Shown piece after piece: positions 24,483-38,111 of a stretch of 64,000 bases of DNA (position 1 is the first letter of the stretch; every line of letters starts with the position of its first letter). The position numbers were made by a program, and so were the translations under genes. The notes beneath the pieces were generated by a model that saw nothing but the letters and a program-made list of their open reading frames with translations, did no database searches and was not told the DNA's origin. This DNA comes from Callorhinchus milii (Eukaryota). Where the stretch lies: the NCBI RefSeq assembly GCF_018977255.1, contig NW_024704743.1:34846001-34910000 (forward strand), in the 5' to 3' direction.

Positions 24483-26744
24483 GGGATAAACAACTAAAGA
24501 AGGTCTCACTCCATACCAGAATAACACTACATTGGATCGAGGATCATTTATACCAGACACAATTAGGTTCATTTTATACAAATTTTGGTTTGCAGAATTT
24601 GTTGTGTTCTGTGAGATAACCTTGTTTGTTTAATTTTAAATGTGTTGAATTGCTGATGTTCATTTAATTAACATGTTAGCTAGCAAACTGTTTTCTATTT
24701 TAAATGGGTGGGTGTAGCTGTCTTCTTGCCTGGGTGAAGATTGGTTGGAGTGAAGGGAGTGATCTAAGTATGATATTATGGAAATCTAGTTCAGCATTAT
24801 TGTCCAGCTTGTCAGTCTGTCAGTGAAAAGGCCAAAGAAGACCCAGAAGGTAAGGCAGCACATAGTAGAGCCATTTGCTACAGGTGAAAGGCAGAGATGT
24901 CCAACACAATCTCAAATTATGACACAAGAACCCTACATCTCTAATAATAACACATTGCGTTTATATAGCATGTTTCACATCGTGAAATATGAAATTTGCG
25001 AAATTTGTATTTATTTTTAGGTCAGGTTCTTTTTCTGCTTTGTGTATTCCAGTAAAATTGATTATCAGAAGTTTGGGAGCAGAAGCTGCAGTTTGAGTGC
25101 TTATATGCAGTTCTGATGCCTTGTTATGAGCCATGAGTAAAATCATCGTACATGGATTATTTTCTGCCCACTGAATGTTTTACATTTGTTTTTGAATGTT
25201 GATTACATTTTGAGTACTTTATTTGGAAGTGGTTGAATTTCTAAATTATTACATCAGCTTCCATTTCACACCTACTCTTAACTTATTTTGTATTCCTCCT
25301 CTCAGTGCAGTCAATGTAAATCGTTGAGATGTCCTCCTTGTGTGAATTCTGATGTAGTAATATATATTCTTATATAGTCAGTTGGTGATTGTAGAGTCAG
25401 TTGATTAGAAGATAATCGATAAACTTTACAATTATATCTTTCTCACAATGAAATCTTTAGTTATAAATTATTCTATGATTTTCTAGTCCAACTATAATTG
25501 ACTTCAGGAACATAGACACTGCACAAAATTGCTGCAATCAGTGAAGCCACATTGATATAAGAAGTATACAAACTTCAAGTATTGTTTTCAAACTCTTACA
25601 GTCAATTTTACTTCCGAAGAAACTTTTCCCACAGAATAGAAAATATGTGGAATAGACATCTAGAAAAGCACTCAACATGTCGAAAAGAAATAACTATTTG
25701 AAGAAAATATTATTATGTTGTGCATATATTGAATATTTTCAGAGACAAGTTAGTAAAGAGATATTTTCAGGAGCAGTTCATTTGCAGCACTGCAGTCTGA
25801 ACGAGCAATACAAATTTATGCCAGTTTTGCTCTCCATTGATCCCTTTGCGTGCTTGTTCAGTCCATTGCATGCCAAAGTTAGAAGGACTGTTTTTTAACA
25901 AGTTCATTATTTCCAGTATTTAACAGCCCGATTCATTGTGATGAGGAAATAAGTGTACAGTATGGGTCAGGATTTCCTTCCTGCTGCAAATCACTGCTTT
26001 TCTACTGCTGGAGTCCATTCTCTTCCAATACAATATACAGCATTAAAGGCTATAGTGATAAGTGAAGATTGAGATGAAGTAAGGCCCTGGGTACTGGGGC
26101 ATTGGGTGGGGGTCGTCAATGAGGAGAAATTGTCTAAGATGGGCTGCAGAACAGAGTTCTGAGTTCTAGTGAATCTGAGCATTCTACGACTTTACTTGAT
26201 TACCATGGGTTACAGGGAGTATTTATTGCAGAACGTGGGTGAAGTAATGTTCATAACAGTGTCTAAGTGGTGTGGGGGGAACTGAGCTCAGTAGCAATAT
26301 CTCATTTAATTATGACTTATACACACTTACATAATAATGTGTGCTAACAATCTGGGGATCTATCATATGATACTCACTAAAACTAGCAATCTTATCTACA
26401 CCTGTTTATAATGGGAATTCTCAATATCAATAAATAACAAAAAAATCACTATTTTTAATAATCAGAAGGTAATAGATGCCCAAATAACAATTCTCTGCTT
26501 GGGCACAGGATACCAATGTTATGGGTAGCCTAGTAAATGCATAGTAACAAACATCTGTTCAGATATTTTTCATATAAAAAATACTCTCTACACATTAAGG
26601 GATGAATCTATACATGTGAGGTATGATAGAAAGCTGATGCTGTGACCTCATGAATAAGGCAAAACTCTGAGAGATTTTTATAGGTGAAAAATTAGGATTA
26701 GGTCAGAGCAATCCTCCAGCTCAGCATAATACAAGTCATTTTCT

Positions 26745-27145
26745 CTAGATGAGGATCGATTTCAAGATCCTCACCCTTGTCTTCAAATCCCTCCACTCCT
26801 CTGCACCCGCCTACCTCTCTGACCTCCTCTCTCCTCACAACAGTGCCCGTTGCCTTCACCAGGTCTGGCCTCCTCCTTGTCCCCCAAATCCTCCACTCCA
26901 CCATCGGCGGCCGTGCCTTCATCCACTATGCCCCAAGGCTCTGGAAATCCCTTCCTTACTCCCTTCACCTCACCCCCTCTCTTCCTATTTTCAGGTCTCG
27001 GCTGAAGACCTTTCTTTTCAACTCTGCCTTTGGTCACCTTCCTCCCCCTCCCCCTGGCTCGGCCTGGGATCCATTACTATGAAGAGTTCTGAGACGCCGT
27101 CCGGCATGGAGGGCGCTATATAACCCAAGTTGTTGTTGTTGTTGT
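26745..27145 (+). mobile_element. L2-type LINE 3' end
   Basis: RIDFKILTLVFKSLH..PAYLSDLL, IGGRAF..PRLWKSLP..LKTFLF, (ttg)n tail. Confidence 0.88.
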
Positions 27146-28492
27146 AGTAGACTTCCTGGTTGAAAGCACGGTCATATATCTCAATATATATATTATATAT
27201 AGCAGTAAAGAGGTAGTTTGAGATATACCAGGCACGTTGGTTCACAGGTAGTTGTCGTTTAAAAGTAGTCTTATAAAAAGATCCGATATTGCAGAACCCA
27301 ATTATAAATCCTGAGAGGAGTGGATAAGCCTTCACTAAGTTTCCCCACTCAGAGTCATGCATGTTGACAGTCTAATGAGCATTCAACAAGATTTGGGCTT
27401 TCGTCCAATGAAACTCTATTAGGTCAGCTCAATGCAGACTTTCAGAAATCCTACAAATCCTGCCCATAATCTCAGCAATTTAGATAAAATCTGATCTAGT
27501 TACCATAACTAGTGAGGGTTTCCTTGGGAATTTCTCTGCCACAGCCTAATGTACTAAACTATTAAAATGTTTTTGCATAAAGATTATTCATTAGAATTAG
27601 GCTGACAATATTCCTGCACACATCTGCTGTGGTATTTCCTTTTGTTTTGGGAGCAGTAATCTTTGGTGTTTTGTTAATTTTTGATGTGCATTTCATTTCT
27701 ATCCAAAACTAAACACAAACAGTGAAAAGTAGATGGGATTTGAGTTATCATCGGTTATGTTCCCTCAAAGATCTCTCCCTTGATTTACTTGAAAATTCTC
27801 TTCCTTCTCTACAGTAAAGAAAGAATGTTGATTTACATCAGAAAAAAATATGGTTAAATGGTGTCCAATACTGGATGAACTTACATCAGCACATATACAT
27901 ATTTCCTTCTCAATATGATCAGTTTCAATGAATTACTTACTCCTAGCAATAGCGAGCAATAAAGTGATTTTTGTTTTGCCTCAGTTAATAATGATTGTAT
28001 CAATGGAGCAGAGTATTTCCCATTGGCTTGTTTTTTACACTATGTGCTAAATATTGATAGTAATTGAATTAATTGGTACAAACATAAGCAAACTGAAATG
28101 CAGTGGGATGAGTCCTGCTGACTGAACTACATTAAAGGCCTCTGTGTAGCTATGTTACAAAACAAAGCTTGTTATAATTTATGTGTGAGGGTCATGAATT
28201 TCATGTTTACAGTGAGGGTACAATATCATGTTACTGGCTTCCAAAACAGAATCAGAGGCCAGGCGCAAAAATGTTGTGCAATCTTCACCAGATGGATGAA
28301 GCATATTTAAACTTTCTGTTACTGAAATGATTCTTGGTATATTTCTCAGTGACCTCAATCTGTCTTTCATCATGTAATGGTAATGGTATATCACAGTAAT
28401 GGTGAAGTTGCCATGATCATTTGGTAATTTTACCAGTCTAGATTTCTCTATACTTCTCTACAGAAATCAATAATTGAGGTTCAAACTATATT

Positions 28493-29890
28493 GAAGGTCC
28501 TGGAACGAGTCATCGCGTCCCAGCTCTGCTCCTTTCTCTCCCGCCATTCCCTCTTTGAACCCCTGCAATCCGGCTTCTGCGCTGCCCACAGCACGGAAAC
28601 AGCCCTGGTCAAAGTCACTAATGACATTCTGAACATCTGTGATCAGGGCTCCCTCTGTCTCCTTGTCCTCCTCGACCTCTCTGCCGCCTTCCACACTGTC
28701 GACCGCTCCATCCTCATACACCGCCTCTCCGCTTTACTCAATCTTCGCGGGCCTGCCCTTGCCTGGTTCGATTCCTATCTCTCTCCGTCTCCACTTTGTT
28801 GCCTCCAACGGTTTCTCCTCCAGGCCCCGCACTACCAAGTCTGGTGTCCCCCAGGGCTCTGTCCTTGGCCCTCTCCTCTTTAATATCTACATGCTCTCCC
28901 TTGGTGACATCATCCGCAGACATGGTATCAACTTCCATATGTATGCAGATGACACCCAACTCTATCTTTCTGCCTCCACCTCAACTCCAGGGCCACTGCT
29001 GTCCTGACAGACTGTCTGTCGGACATCAAGTCCTGGATGAGGTCACACTTCCTCCAGTTGAATGTGAACAAGACTGAGGCCCTCCTGGTTGGCTCACGCC
29101 AGCGCCTCAGCACCTCAGGCTCTGGCAGAATCAACCTCCATGGTTGCACACTTCAACTCACTAAGCCATCAGGAACCTCGGTGTCTTGTTCGACCCTCAA
29201 CTGTCTTTTCCCCCCACATTCAAGCTGTGACCCGCTTTGCCTTCCCTCACCTCCGTAACATCACCCGACTCCGCCACTACCCCTCAGGCCGTTGAAACTC
29301 TTGTTCATGCCTTCATCACCTCCAGGCTCGACTCTGCAAACTCCCTGCTCGTCGGCCTTCCCAACTCCTCCCTCCGCAGGCTGCAGATAATCCAGAACTC
29401 TGCAGCCCGTGTCCTCTCCCGCACCAAACTTCGTGACCCCATCTCCCCGACTCTCGGCCGACTCCATTGGCTCCCTATCCTTCAGAGGATCCAGTTCAAG
29501 ATCCTCCATTCAAAGCCCTCCATGGCCTCGCCCCACCCTACCTCTGCGACCTCTTAACCCCCTACCAACCCGCCAGTTCCCTCCGCTCAGCCGGCTCTGG
29601 CCTACTCCACGTCCCGACCCACTCGCCCCACCATTGGCGGGAGAGCCTTTAGCCACTCTGCCCCCAACCTCTGGAATTCCATCCCCCAGTCACTCCGCCT
29701 CACCCCTCCTTAGCCTCCTTCAAGTCCCGCCTCAAGACCCTCCTCTTCAGTCAATGCATCGGCCGCACCCCTTCCCCTCCCCTCCCTTACTCCCCCAACT
29801 CCAGCTCCGGTCTGAAATGCTGTACTCTGTCCAGCGTCTTGGGACATTCTCACGACGTGAAAGGCGCTATACAAATGTAATCTTGTTGTA
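28493..29890 (+). mobile_element. L2-type LINE, longest copy (RT to tail), frameshifted
   Basis: [58 protein letters not shown]2 tail. Confidence 0.94.
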
Positions 29891-30111
29891 TTTATTTAGT
29901 ACTGTTTTGACAGTTTACAAATAGTTTCTCTTAAAGGTGGGCAGTAAGAAGAAACCTACTTGTAAACAGACACACTGTCATCTGACAACTGTGCAAATAA
30001 TGGGCCCATCGTTGACCTGTTGCGGAAGTAGAAATGCCTAAGTGATCATCGTCGATGTTGTCAGCACGTAAAGCAATCAATGATCATTCAATGAGTTCTA
30101 CAGATAAACCT

Positions 30112-30117
30112 TTTATT
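30112..30117 (-). terminator. Probable ECI2 polyadenylation signal AATAAA
   Basis: TTTATT on + strand about 300 nt downstream of the ECI2 stop in an AT-rich 3'UTR. Confidence 0.55.
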
Positions 30118-30417
30118 GTTTTTGATATTAAATATTCATGGTGAAATTATAATTTAATTCATAACCACAAGCCAGCATTACAAATTCATATATTTCGATC
30201 AATTGTTATTTCAATGTTAAACTTTTTTCTGCTTAAAGGATGATTTTCCAAATAGCAATGACACATAAAAGTGATACTAGTTGCTATGCACTTAAGGATG
30301 ATTAATACAGAAATATTCTTCACGAAGAGGTGGTTTGATTGACAATAATATTTAACTAAGAATGTTAAGCAATTATTACCAGGTTAGGTTTCTGAATTTC
30401 AATTAGTGTAAAAAATA

Positions 30418-30573
30418 TTATAATTTTGACTTATTTTGAAAAAAGCCCATGATTGCATTCATGCATTCCTCAGATAACCATCTCTCTTGCAGTCGCACAC
30501 ACTCTTGAGCATTGACAGCATGCAACTTTTCTTTTTCCATTCCTCTGATCAGTTGTTTTGAATAGCGCAGAGA
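30418..30573 (-). CDS. ECI2: ECI2 last coding exon ending in peroxisomal PTS1 (SKL)
   Basis: tttcAG|TCT...[57 protein letters not shown]. Confidence 0.96.
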   Translation of the reverse strand, partial: SLRYSKQLIRGMEKEKLHAVNAQECVRLQERWLSEECMNAIMGFFQNKSKL

Positions 30574-30789
30574 CTGAAATAAAAGTAAAGAAACATTAAC
30601 CCTCAAAAAAAACTACCCCAAATCATACTGAATTTGTGAAATTAATCACCAGCAAGATATGAAAGATATCCAGCACCTTGTACCTATTGAGACTTTGAGA
30701 CATCTCAACGACGTGATAGGACACTGTATGAAATGTAAGGATTATTATTATTTATTTTTATCTTTTTTAACTGTGATTTAGTTAACTAA

Positions 30790-31160
30790 ACATTGTGAAA
30801 TCCAGTATTGCAGTGATTAGAATGCTCGGCTTGCAAGCAAGAAAACCCAGGTTCGATTCCCAGGAAAGGTGAAAGCTTAGGAAACTTTCCTTACTCCATG
30901 CACCTCTGTTTACCTAAAAGTAGGAACCGATTGGCAGTTCGCTTTCTGGGGGTAATAATCCCCCTCAAAAAAGCTTTGGTCACTTAATATGATACTGTTG
31001 TATGCAATTGGCTGCTTCATTTTGCCCTCAAAATACAGTTTTATGTATTTACAATATACAATTGTAAATTGAAACACTTTACAATATATTCTGTGAAGTG
31101 CATTGAGATGTTTCAACGATGTGATAGGCGCTGTATCAAATGGAAGGATTTATTACTATA
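30790..31160 (+). mobile_element. Degenerate tRNA-SINE, long subfamily
   Basis: B box ggttcgattcc, tttccttactcc block and tail. Confidence 0.75.
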
Positions 31161-31794
31161 ATAATATGTATTACTATATAACAGAAAACAAACTAAATGA
31201 AAGATTAATGGCTCATAACCATACCACATGAAGGTTCAAAATAAACAATCCAGTTGAAGATAGCTTCATACTTGGAACTAAATAGTGACTCCATTTTATG
31301 CTTGCCTGTAGCAGAGGGCATACAATGATTGCTTTATTCACTGTATGTTTGTAACACTTTATACACTAATTGTTGTAGTACAATTGATTTCATTTTATAT
31401 CTTAATCATAATTACATATAATAAGGTACTATATCAAATCAAATGCACAGATTATTATTACTGTCATAATATCAACAGTATTTTGAACAGAAAGATAGAC
31501 TTTGAAAGAGAGAATAACCACCATGCAGCAAATTAAAGATTTCTGTTATTAGGCTTTATGGGAAAATGTTTTATAGTTATGGCCAAATGTTCATTATAAA
31601 CAATGAAACCTTTTAGTTGCCCTCTGTTAAAATTAGCCAAGTAACTAACTTTTATAGATCTTTGATGGAATCACTGAAGCTTTGCAGGATAGACATGCAA
31701 TTTACACATATTTTGAGAAAGCATTTGAAAAGCTTCTGAACAAAAGATTACTCGCTAAAATTGAGGAACATGAATTGGAGACAATATGGAGGCT

Positions 31795-32280
31795 TCCAGA
31801 ACTCTGCAGTCCCTTGTCCTTTCCTGCACCAGGCTCCATGAGCCAATAACCCCCACCCTCACCCAGTTCCATAGGCTCCCCATTTCCTAGCGGATCGAGT
31901 TCAAAATTCTTGGCCTCCCTTCAAATCCCTCCATAGTCTTACCCCTCTGTGACCTCCTCAAACCATACCAACCGGGCTACACCCTTCGTTCAGTGTGCAC
32001 AGCCCTGCTTCATGTCCCCTGCCCTACCTGCCCCATTATGGGCACTCAAGCTTTCAGCTTATCTGCCCCATTCTCTGGAACTCCATCATGGAGTCTCTCC
32101 AACTCTCAACCCCCGTCCTTCACCTCTTTCAAAGACTGTCTCAAGACCTTTCTCTTTGACCGCACCTTTGGTCATGTTTCCCCTCCCTAACCCCCTTGGC
32201 TCCCACTCCCAGTTCGGGTGTCCAGTCAGGTTTGTCAAGTGCCTTAGAACGTCTTACCAATATGAAAGGTGGTATCAATT
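31795..32280 (+). mobile_element. L2-type LINE 3' fragment
   Basis: ccagaactctgcag through CLKTFLFD and decayed tail. Confidence 0.75.
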
Positions 32281-32320
32281 TAAATTAGGTATTTTAATAA
32301 TAGCGTGGATATGAAATTGA

Positions 32321-32925
32321 TTTTTGGTGTCTTACACTTGTGAAAACCCATCACATGCTTAAAAGTATCCAAACCAAACAGAATTCCATGCATTCCACCT
32401 ACACATAATGTCATTATGTTATGTTGCCGTGTTTGTAATGGAATTCAGAGGGATGCTTCCTACTTACCTTCTTACCTAATTCTGGAGAGTATTAGGTGCA
32501 GAGTGGCAAGAACAAAAGCTTGGAGACCACAGGGTGTGTGTAGTTGTATTGCTGGAATTTAAACAGCTAAAATCGCATAGTTTGCCAAGGAATGTACTGT
32601 CTGGAAATCTTCCCACTATTTGTACAGTGAAGACCACCCTACCTGCTGGGGCTTTGGCTTGCAGAGTTAACAGAAGCCGAGAGTGGGAAGAGTTCCAGCC
32701 CCCAATGACTCAAAGTCTGCTCCTTCAAGTCCTACCTCTAAGCCAGGCTGTCTGGTCTGTCATTAGTAGTGCACTGAAGTACTATGGACCTGTCAACCAA
32801 GACTGCACAGAGGACTGGCTCGATTCCAGCATTCTATTGCCAGACATGTCACCTTGGAGCCAGTTCAGCTCCAGGTCACCCCACTTACCTCCCCCTAAGA
32901 AGGATAGTCACTAGTTGGTCATTTT
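32321..32925. repeat. Unclassified dispersed repeat copy in the last ECI2 intron
   Basis: Shares the terminus ccacttacctcccc..ggatagtcactagt.ggtcatttt with the 5221-5718 copy. Confidence 0.8.
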
Positions 32926-33600
32926 ACATCCAATAAGTACACTTTTGAACCCTCATGAGGTGGATAGCAGTTAATAAGAACTCGCTGCAAGCTTTTTCGT
33001 GGGAAACACAGCTTAGCATGAAATGCCATCTTTGTGGCAACTCGGACACACATTTTTACCCATTGAGCGATGGTTCTATCAGTTTGAGCTGCAGAGATTA
33101 CCTCTCTGCAAACCATCAAGTTAGATTCTAAGCCCTGGATATAAGAAAGTGTGTTCACAAACTCTGTTCATGAAACAGATTGGAAAACAGAGGTGGGGTA
33201 AAAAAGGACATTCTCTGATTTCCCACCCTCACCAAAGCAACACTGATTAGTTTTTAAAGTAATAAAAGAAAGTACAAAATTGATAGAAACAATTCCCTTG
33301 AGTAGGCAAGTCAGCACCAAATGAAGTATCTGGGCTGCTCACTAACAAGTCAGTGAAGGCTGCAATTTTATATATTCTCACCTTTGTTAAGGCCCCATTT
33401 TGTCTTGTCCTTTTGTATTCTAACAGCATGAAACAGTGTTTGACTTTGTAAAATTTCAGTGTGGTATAAGTACACACCTTCAAGGAACTTGATCAAGTAT
33501 TTAACCCAAGTGTATAACTACTACATATTCATACTGTTTTAAAAGATATTCTTGGACTATTCTTGATTAAAACCTTATTGCAGTACAGCGCTATACATAC

Positions 33601-33744
33601 ATCTTTGGGGAGCTTTGCGTAGGCACGCAGCTTTTTCCAAACTTCTTGCTGGAATGTATTGTCAGGAAAGACCTCAGTAACCAGACCCAAATCACAGGCT
33701 TGAGCTGCTGTGAGCTTCTTGTTAAACAGAAGGATTTCATTTGC
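33601..33744 (-). CDS. ECI2: ECI2 penultimate coding exon
   Basis: tttcAG|GCA...GAT|GTatgt; 144 nt; ANEILLFNKKLTAAQACDLGLVTEVFPDNTFQQEVWKKLRAYAKLPKD. Confidence 0.96.
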
Positions 33745-33789
33745 CTGAAAGAATAACAGCATTAGAAACAATATAGCTTAGAACTATCT

Positions 33790-34370
33790 ACAACAACAAC
33801 AAAATTACATTTGTGTAGCGTCTTTCACATCGGGTGGACTGCGGGATGGAGTTCCGGAGGGTGGGGACAGAGTGGCAGAAGGCCCACCCGCCAAAAGTAG
33901 TGCAAGCAATGTTGGGGGTTGGAAGCAGGCCGGAGCAGGATGGTAGGGGTTTAGGAGGTCGCAGAAGTCAGGGGGAGCAAGACCATGGAGGGCTTTGAAG
34001 GTGAGGACCAGGATCTTGAACTGTATCCTCTGTGTGATGGGAAGCCTGTGGAGTCAGGAGAGGATGGGGGTTATAGGGTCACGGAGCCTGGTGCGGGAGA
34101 GGACACTGGCTGCAGAGTTCTGGATGATCCACAGCATATGGAGGGAGGAGTTGGGGAGGCCGACAAGCAAAGAGTTTGCATAGTCAAACCTCGATGTAAT
34201 GAAAGTGTGTATGAGGGTTTCAACGGCCTGCGGTGTGAGACAGTGGTGGAGCCGGGCAATGTTGCGGAGGTGGGGGAAGGCAGAGCGGGTCAAGGCAAGA
34301 TGTGGGGTAGAAAGCATAGTTGAGGGTCAAACAAGACCTCAAGGTTCCAGACTGGCTTAGTAAGGTGGAA
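33790..34370 (-). mobile_element. L2-type LINE 3' fragment with internal deletions
   Basis: HLRNIARL..FITSRFDYANSLLVGLP..IQNSAA..RDPITPIL; (aac)n tail at 33791. Confidence 0.85.
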
Positions 34371-35339
34371 GGTTATCTACCCATCAAACCTGGTAGAATG
34401 CTACCAATTTGTTATCTAGCCAAATGACATAACAGACATGTTATTATGATTATGCAAACATCAATATCAGTTCTGAACTTTCAGTTCAGTCCCCATCATT
34501 AGTTATTTAAATCTAATCTGTATGATTTATATAATTTTACAATACACATACCATACCACTTTACAGTATATCATGTGAATCGCTTTGAAGCACCTCGACA
34601 ATGTGATACGGTGCTTTATCAAATGTAAGGATTATTATTATTGTTGTCAAGAGATTTATTTAGGAACAAGTTCTGGAATCTTACTGTGTAATAAATAATG
34701 TTCAAATAACATATTACGTATCTACATTTCAGCACTAATACCAGAAAATAATTTGAGGTAATTCTAGGGATGTTCCATCCAGTCTAAATTATATAGAGAA
34801 GGAATGAGACTTTATTGCTGCCTTGAAGATAATATGGTATGCAACAAACGCAGCGTATTGACTGGAGCTTATGCCTTCAAAGAGTGTGGGAATTTTTCAG
34901 CAAATCATCAAAACAGGAATGGTTTAATTTTTCATTGACTACCTGTGAATGATATGTGATCTGTTGCTTTTCGTGGCCTTTATAGATAGGAGCGCTATAT
35001 AGGGCACTTGTTATCTTTATTTGGATTGCCTTGCATGATGTTCCTGATATCACTTTCTAGCTTGTCACTGTATTTTAACTGATAAACTGATAATTTAAGT
35101 AAAACTATGTAAGGAGAGTGATTGATTGATGAAAATAAACTCATGTTACAGTGGCAAAACTAATTTCTGCCAATGGCCAACACCGCATAGTCATTTATTT
35201 TCACACAAACCAGTCCCAACAGATATCATCTGTTTATTTTTCATACATTACAACCGTGAATACATTCCACCCAGAGTTCATTCTTTCTGACATGAGCAAT
35301 TTTTCCTTCTTGTCTACAAGTAGTTGTTAAAAGAAACAG

Positions 35340-35588
35340 AGGAGAAATTTTTTCACATAGCGAGTTGTTCGGATCTGGAATGCATTGAACTGAAAGGGTG
35401 GTGGAAGCCGATTCGATAACAACTTTTAAGAAAGAAGTAGATAATTATTTGGGGAGGACAAGTTTGCAGGCCTATGGGGAGAGAGTGGGGGAGTGGGATT
35501 GAATTGGATAATTCTTTTCAAAAAGCCAGCACAGACACGATGGGCCGAATGACCTCCTCTTGTGCTGTATAATTCTATGATTCTATGA
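35340..35588 (+). mobile_element. CR1-type 3' end
   Basis: gatctggaatgcattg..tgggccgaatgacctcct..attctatgattctatga tail. Confidence 0.8.
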
Positions 35589-37903
35589 ACTTGCATTCAT
35601 ATAGTGTCCTTCACGTGGGTAGTGCCTCAGAGTGATTCACAGTGGTGTGGTTTGACGCCGAACTGAAACGAGAGGGGAGGTGGAGGAAAAAGGAAGTCTT
35701 CAGGTGTGATTTGAAGACAGGCACTGAGGGGGCAAGACGGAGGGATTGAGGCAGGAAATTTCAGAAATCAGGGGCATAATGGCTGAAGGCATGGGTGCCA
35801 ATAGTAGAGCAGAGGGGATGTGGAACATGCAGCAGAACCGTGCCAACTGAGTGAGGGCTGTGGTTGATAGAGTGAGGTGTGAGCAGATTGGAGACGTAGA
35901 GAGGTGTCAGGGCATGAGGTGATTTGAAAGTGAGAGCAAGGAGCTTGAAATCGATCTGTTAGTTAATATAGTTAATGCCATACGTTTTCATCTTCTATTA
36001 AAATAACCAATTTTTCCTGATCACCTTAAATTGGTATAGATTGGCCTACACAAAAAAAGTCATGATACGAGGCAAGAGAGTTTGGCCTGAAAAATAATGA
36101 ACACTTATTTTCCTGGGTTATTATAATACTCTTGTATTTATTGCAGAATGCAAATGTAGCTTGGAGCTGTACGTCAGTCATTAATTTGCTTGAAAAGAGT
36201 GGCTGTTCTGTAGGACAGAGTATCATGTTCCATTATTTCAATTGGTGTGAATATTTCAATTAAGTAATGAAAATATTCACACCATTTGAAATAATAGAAT
36301 GTTTTAAGGCTATACTTTAAGGGTTTAAGAAAGGGTTTTTCCTAAACCCTACATTAATCCTTTAGAACTAACCAAATACACACACTATTTTTTATTATAC
36401 ACTAATCTTTCATCACAGCCTGTAGGGTGAGGAATGGTGGCTTAGTAAGAAATATAATATGTAAAAAAAGAGTCACTGCACATGGATCAATTTTATCTAG
36501 CACTATAGTATCATGATATAAAATGGAATAAGATGAGTTATTCACATAATCCACCCACTCTGCTAACAAGTATATCACCGCAAACCCTCTCCCATCAATA
36601 TCTTTAACAAGCACAAATCCAGAAACCTAAATATACAATGAGGCAGATTCTGGGGCCAGNTTTTTTTTTAACAGCAATCACACCTTGTTTGAGTTAATAA
36701 AATGGTTGAGGGGCATTGTCAAAATCAAGAAGGAATTAAGGCAAAGATTGTAGCATTGTATCAGTGCATTTAGGGCAAACTATAACTCAATCAATATAAG
36801 GGCTTGTATCATTCTACAAATGCAGATTGTTAAATATTCTGATGTTTTTTTTAATTTCAGGAACAAGGCTTCATAATCAGGAAGGAAGAGTAGTTTCTAA
36901 GCAAGTAAAAGCTGACATGTTGCTGGGTTTGTTTCCATTTTTGTAACAGAAGTTAAATACTAGCTTTTTTCAGATAAAATAATTTAAATAAGCATGTCTC
37001 AATGTAGAGAAGATTATTTTTTGGTCAGTCGGGTGTTGTGTGGAAACCAACCACCATGATAAGAGTATCCAAACCAGACTGACAGCTCCATAAATAACAC
37101 CTACATTTGGAAATTCCCTTGTCTGGGAGAGAGCTGTGTACTCACCCTTGAGGGATACATCCTGCTTACCGAATTGCACAGAGTATTAGGCACAGGTCAG
37201 CAAGAACTAAGGCTTGGGAACTCCACAGTGTGCTTTGGGGTATTGCTGGAGTTTCCGCCACAGAGGATTGACTCATTTCTGACATTCAGTGCTGAGCATG
37301 TCAACTTCAGCTCTAAGGATACCTCAACACAATTCAAATCTTAGACACAACAGGACAATCATCATTGGCTTCCTCTGAAGGGCACAGCTTTTTAATTATG
37401 ACTGAATTATCGCTAGGAGAGAATAAAAACTGGCTCAGGCACGATTGGCCAAGTTGTGGCATAGGAAATACACAACCTATGGTAACATTTGTGAGTGGGC
37501 TCAACTGCAGCCCACCTATAATTTAAGATAGCTAACAAACTAAGAAAATTGGGAGGTTAAGAAGAGTGTTTTTTCCACACAGAGTGTTGAATGCCTTGGA
37601 ATGCCCTGTTGCAAGCAGTGGTTAAGTCAGAATCCATATTGGCTTTCAAAAGGGAACTCAATAGTAGATATCTATAAAGAGTAAATGTCAGCATATGAGG
37701 AAAGGCAGGTAAATGGGACTGAAAGGATTTCTCTTAAAAGACCCCGGACAGACACAATGGGACAAATTACCTTCTTCTGTCCTTAAATTTCTATGGTTCT
37801 ATGGAATGCCTTTCCTAATACTCCAGAACCCTGTCTTACAGCATTGCCATGCTTATAGCGTGGGTAACCTAACTCCAGTGCAGTCTAGTCAAGTTTTTGT
37901 ACT

Positions 37904-38111
37904 AAAAAAGTCCGACTTCCAGGTGACTACTGATGTCACTTCTTGCATGTTACACACTATGTACAGGAAGTATCATTGATATAATTTGTTGCGCACTGTC
38001 ATCACCGTGAAGGAAGCAATACCAGTGGTACTTTCTGCACGTAGCGCGAATGCACAGCACACAGGAAGAAACATTAGTTGCTACCTGATAACCTAGAAGT
38101 CAGACTTTTTT
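37904..38111. mobile_element. Palindromic MITE-like element
   Basis: 20-bp terminal inverted repeats with 18/20 identity (37904-37923, 38092-38111) and inner gtcacttc(c/t)tg / caggaag arms. Confidence 0.6.

Noticed and set aside
28179..28460. Minus-strand open frame after an AG (RSIEKSRLVKLPNDHG...)
   Set aside because: No recognisable homology and no linked exons; cannot support it as coding.
36660..36660. Single N base next to a T run
   Set aside because: Assembly ambiguity or small gap, not biology; the ECI2 exon chain is complete across it.
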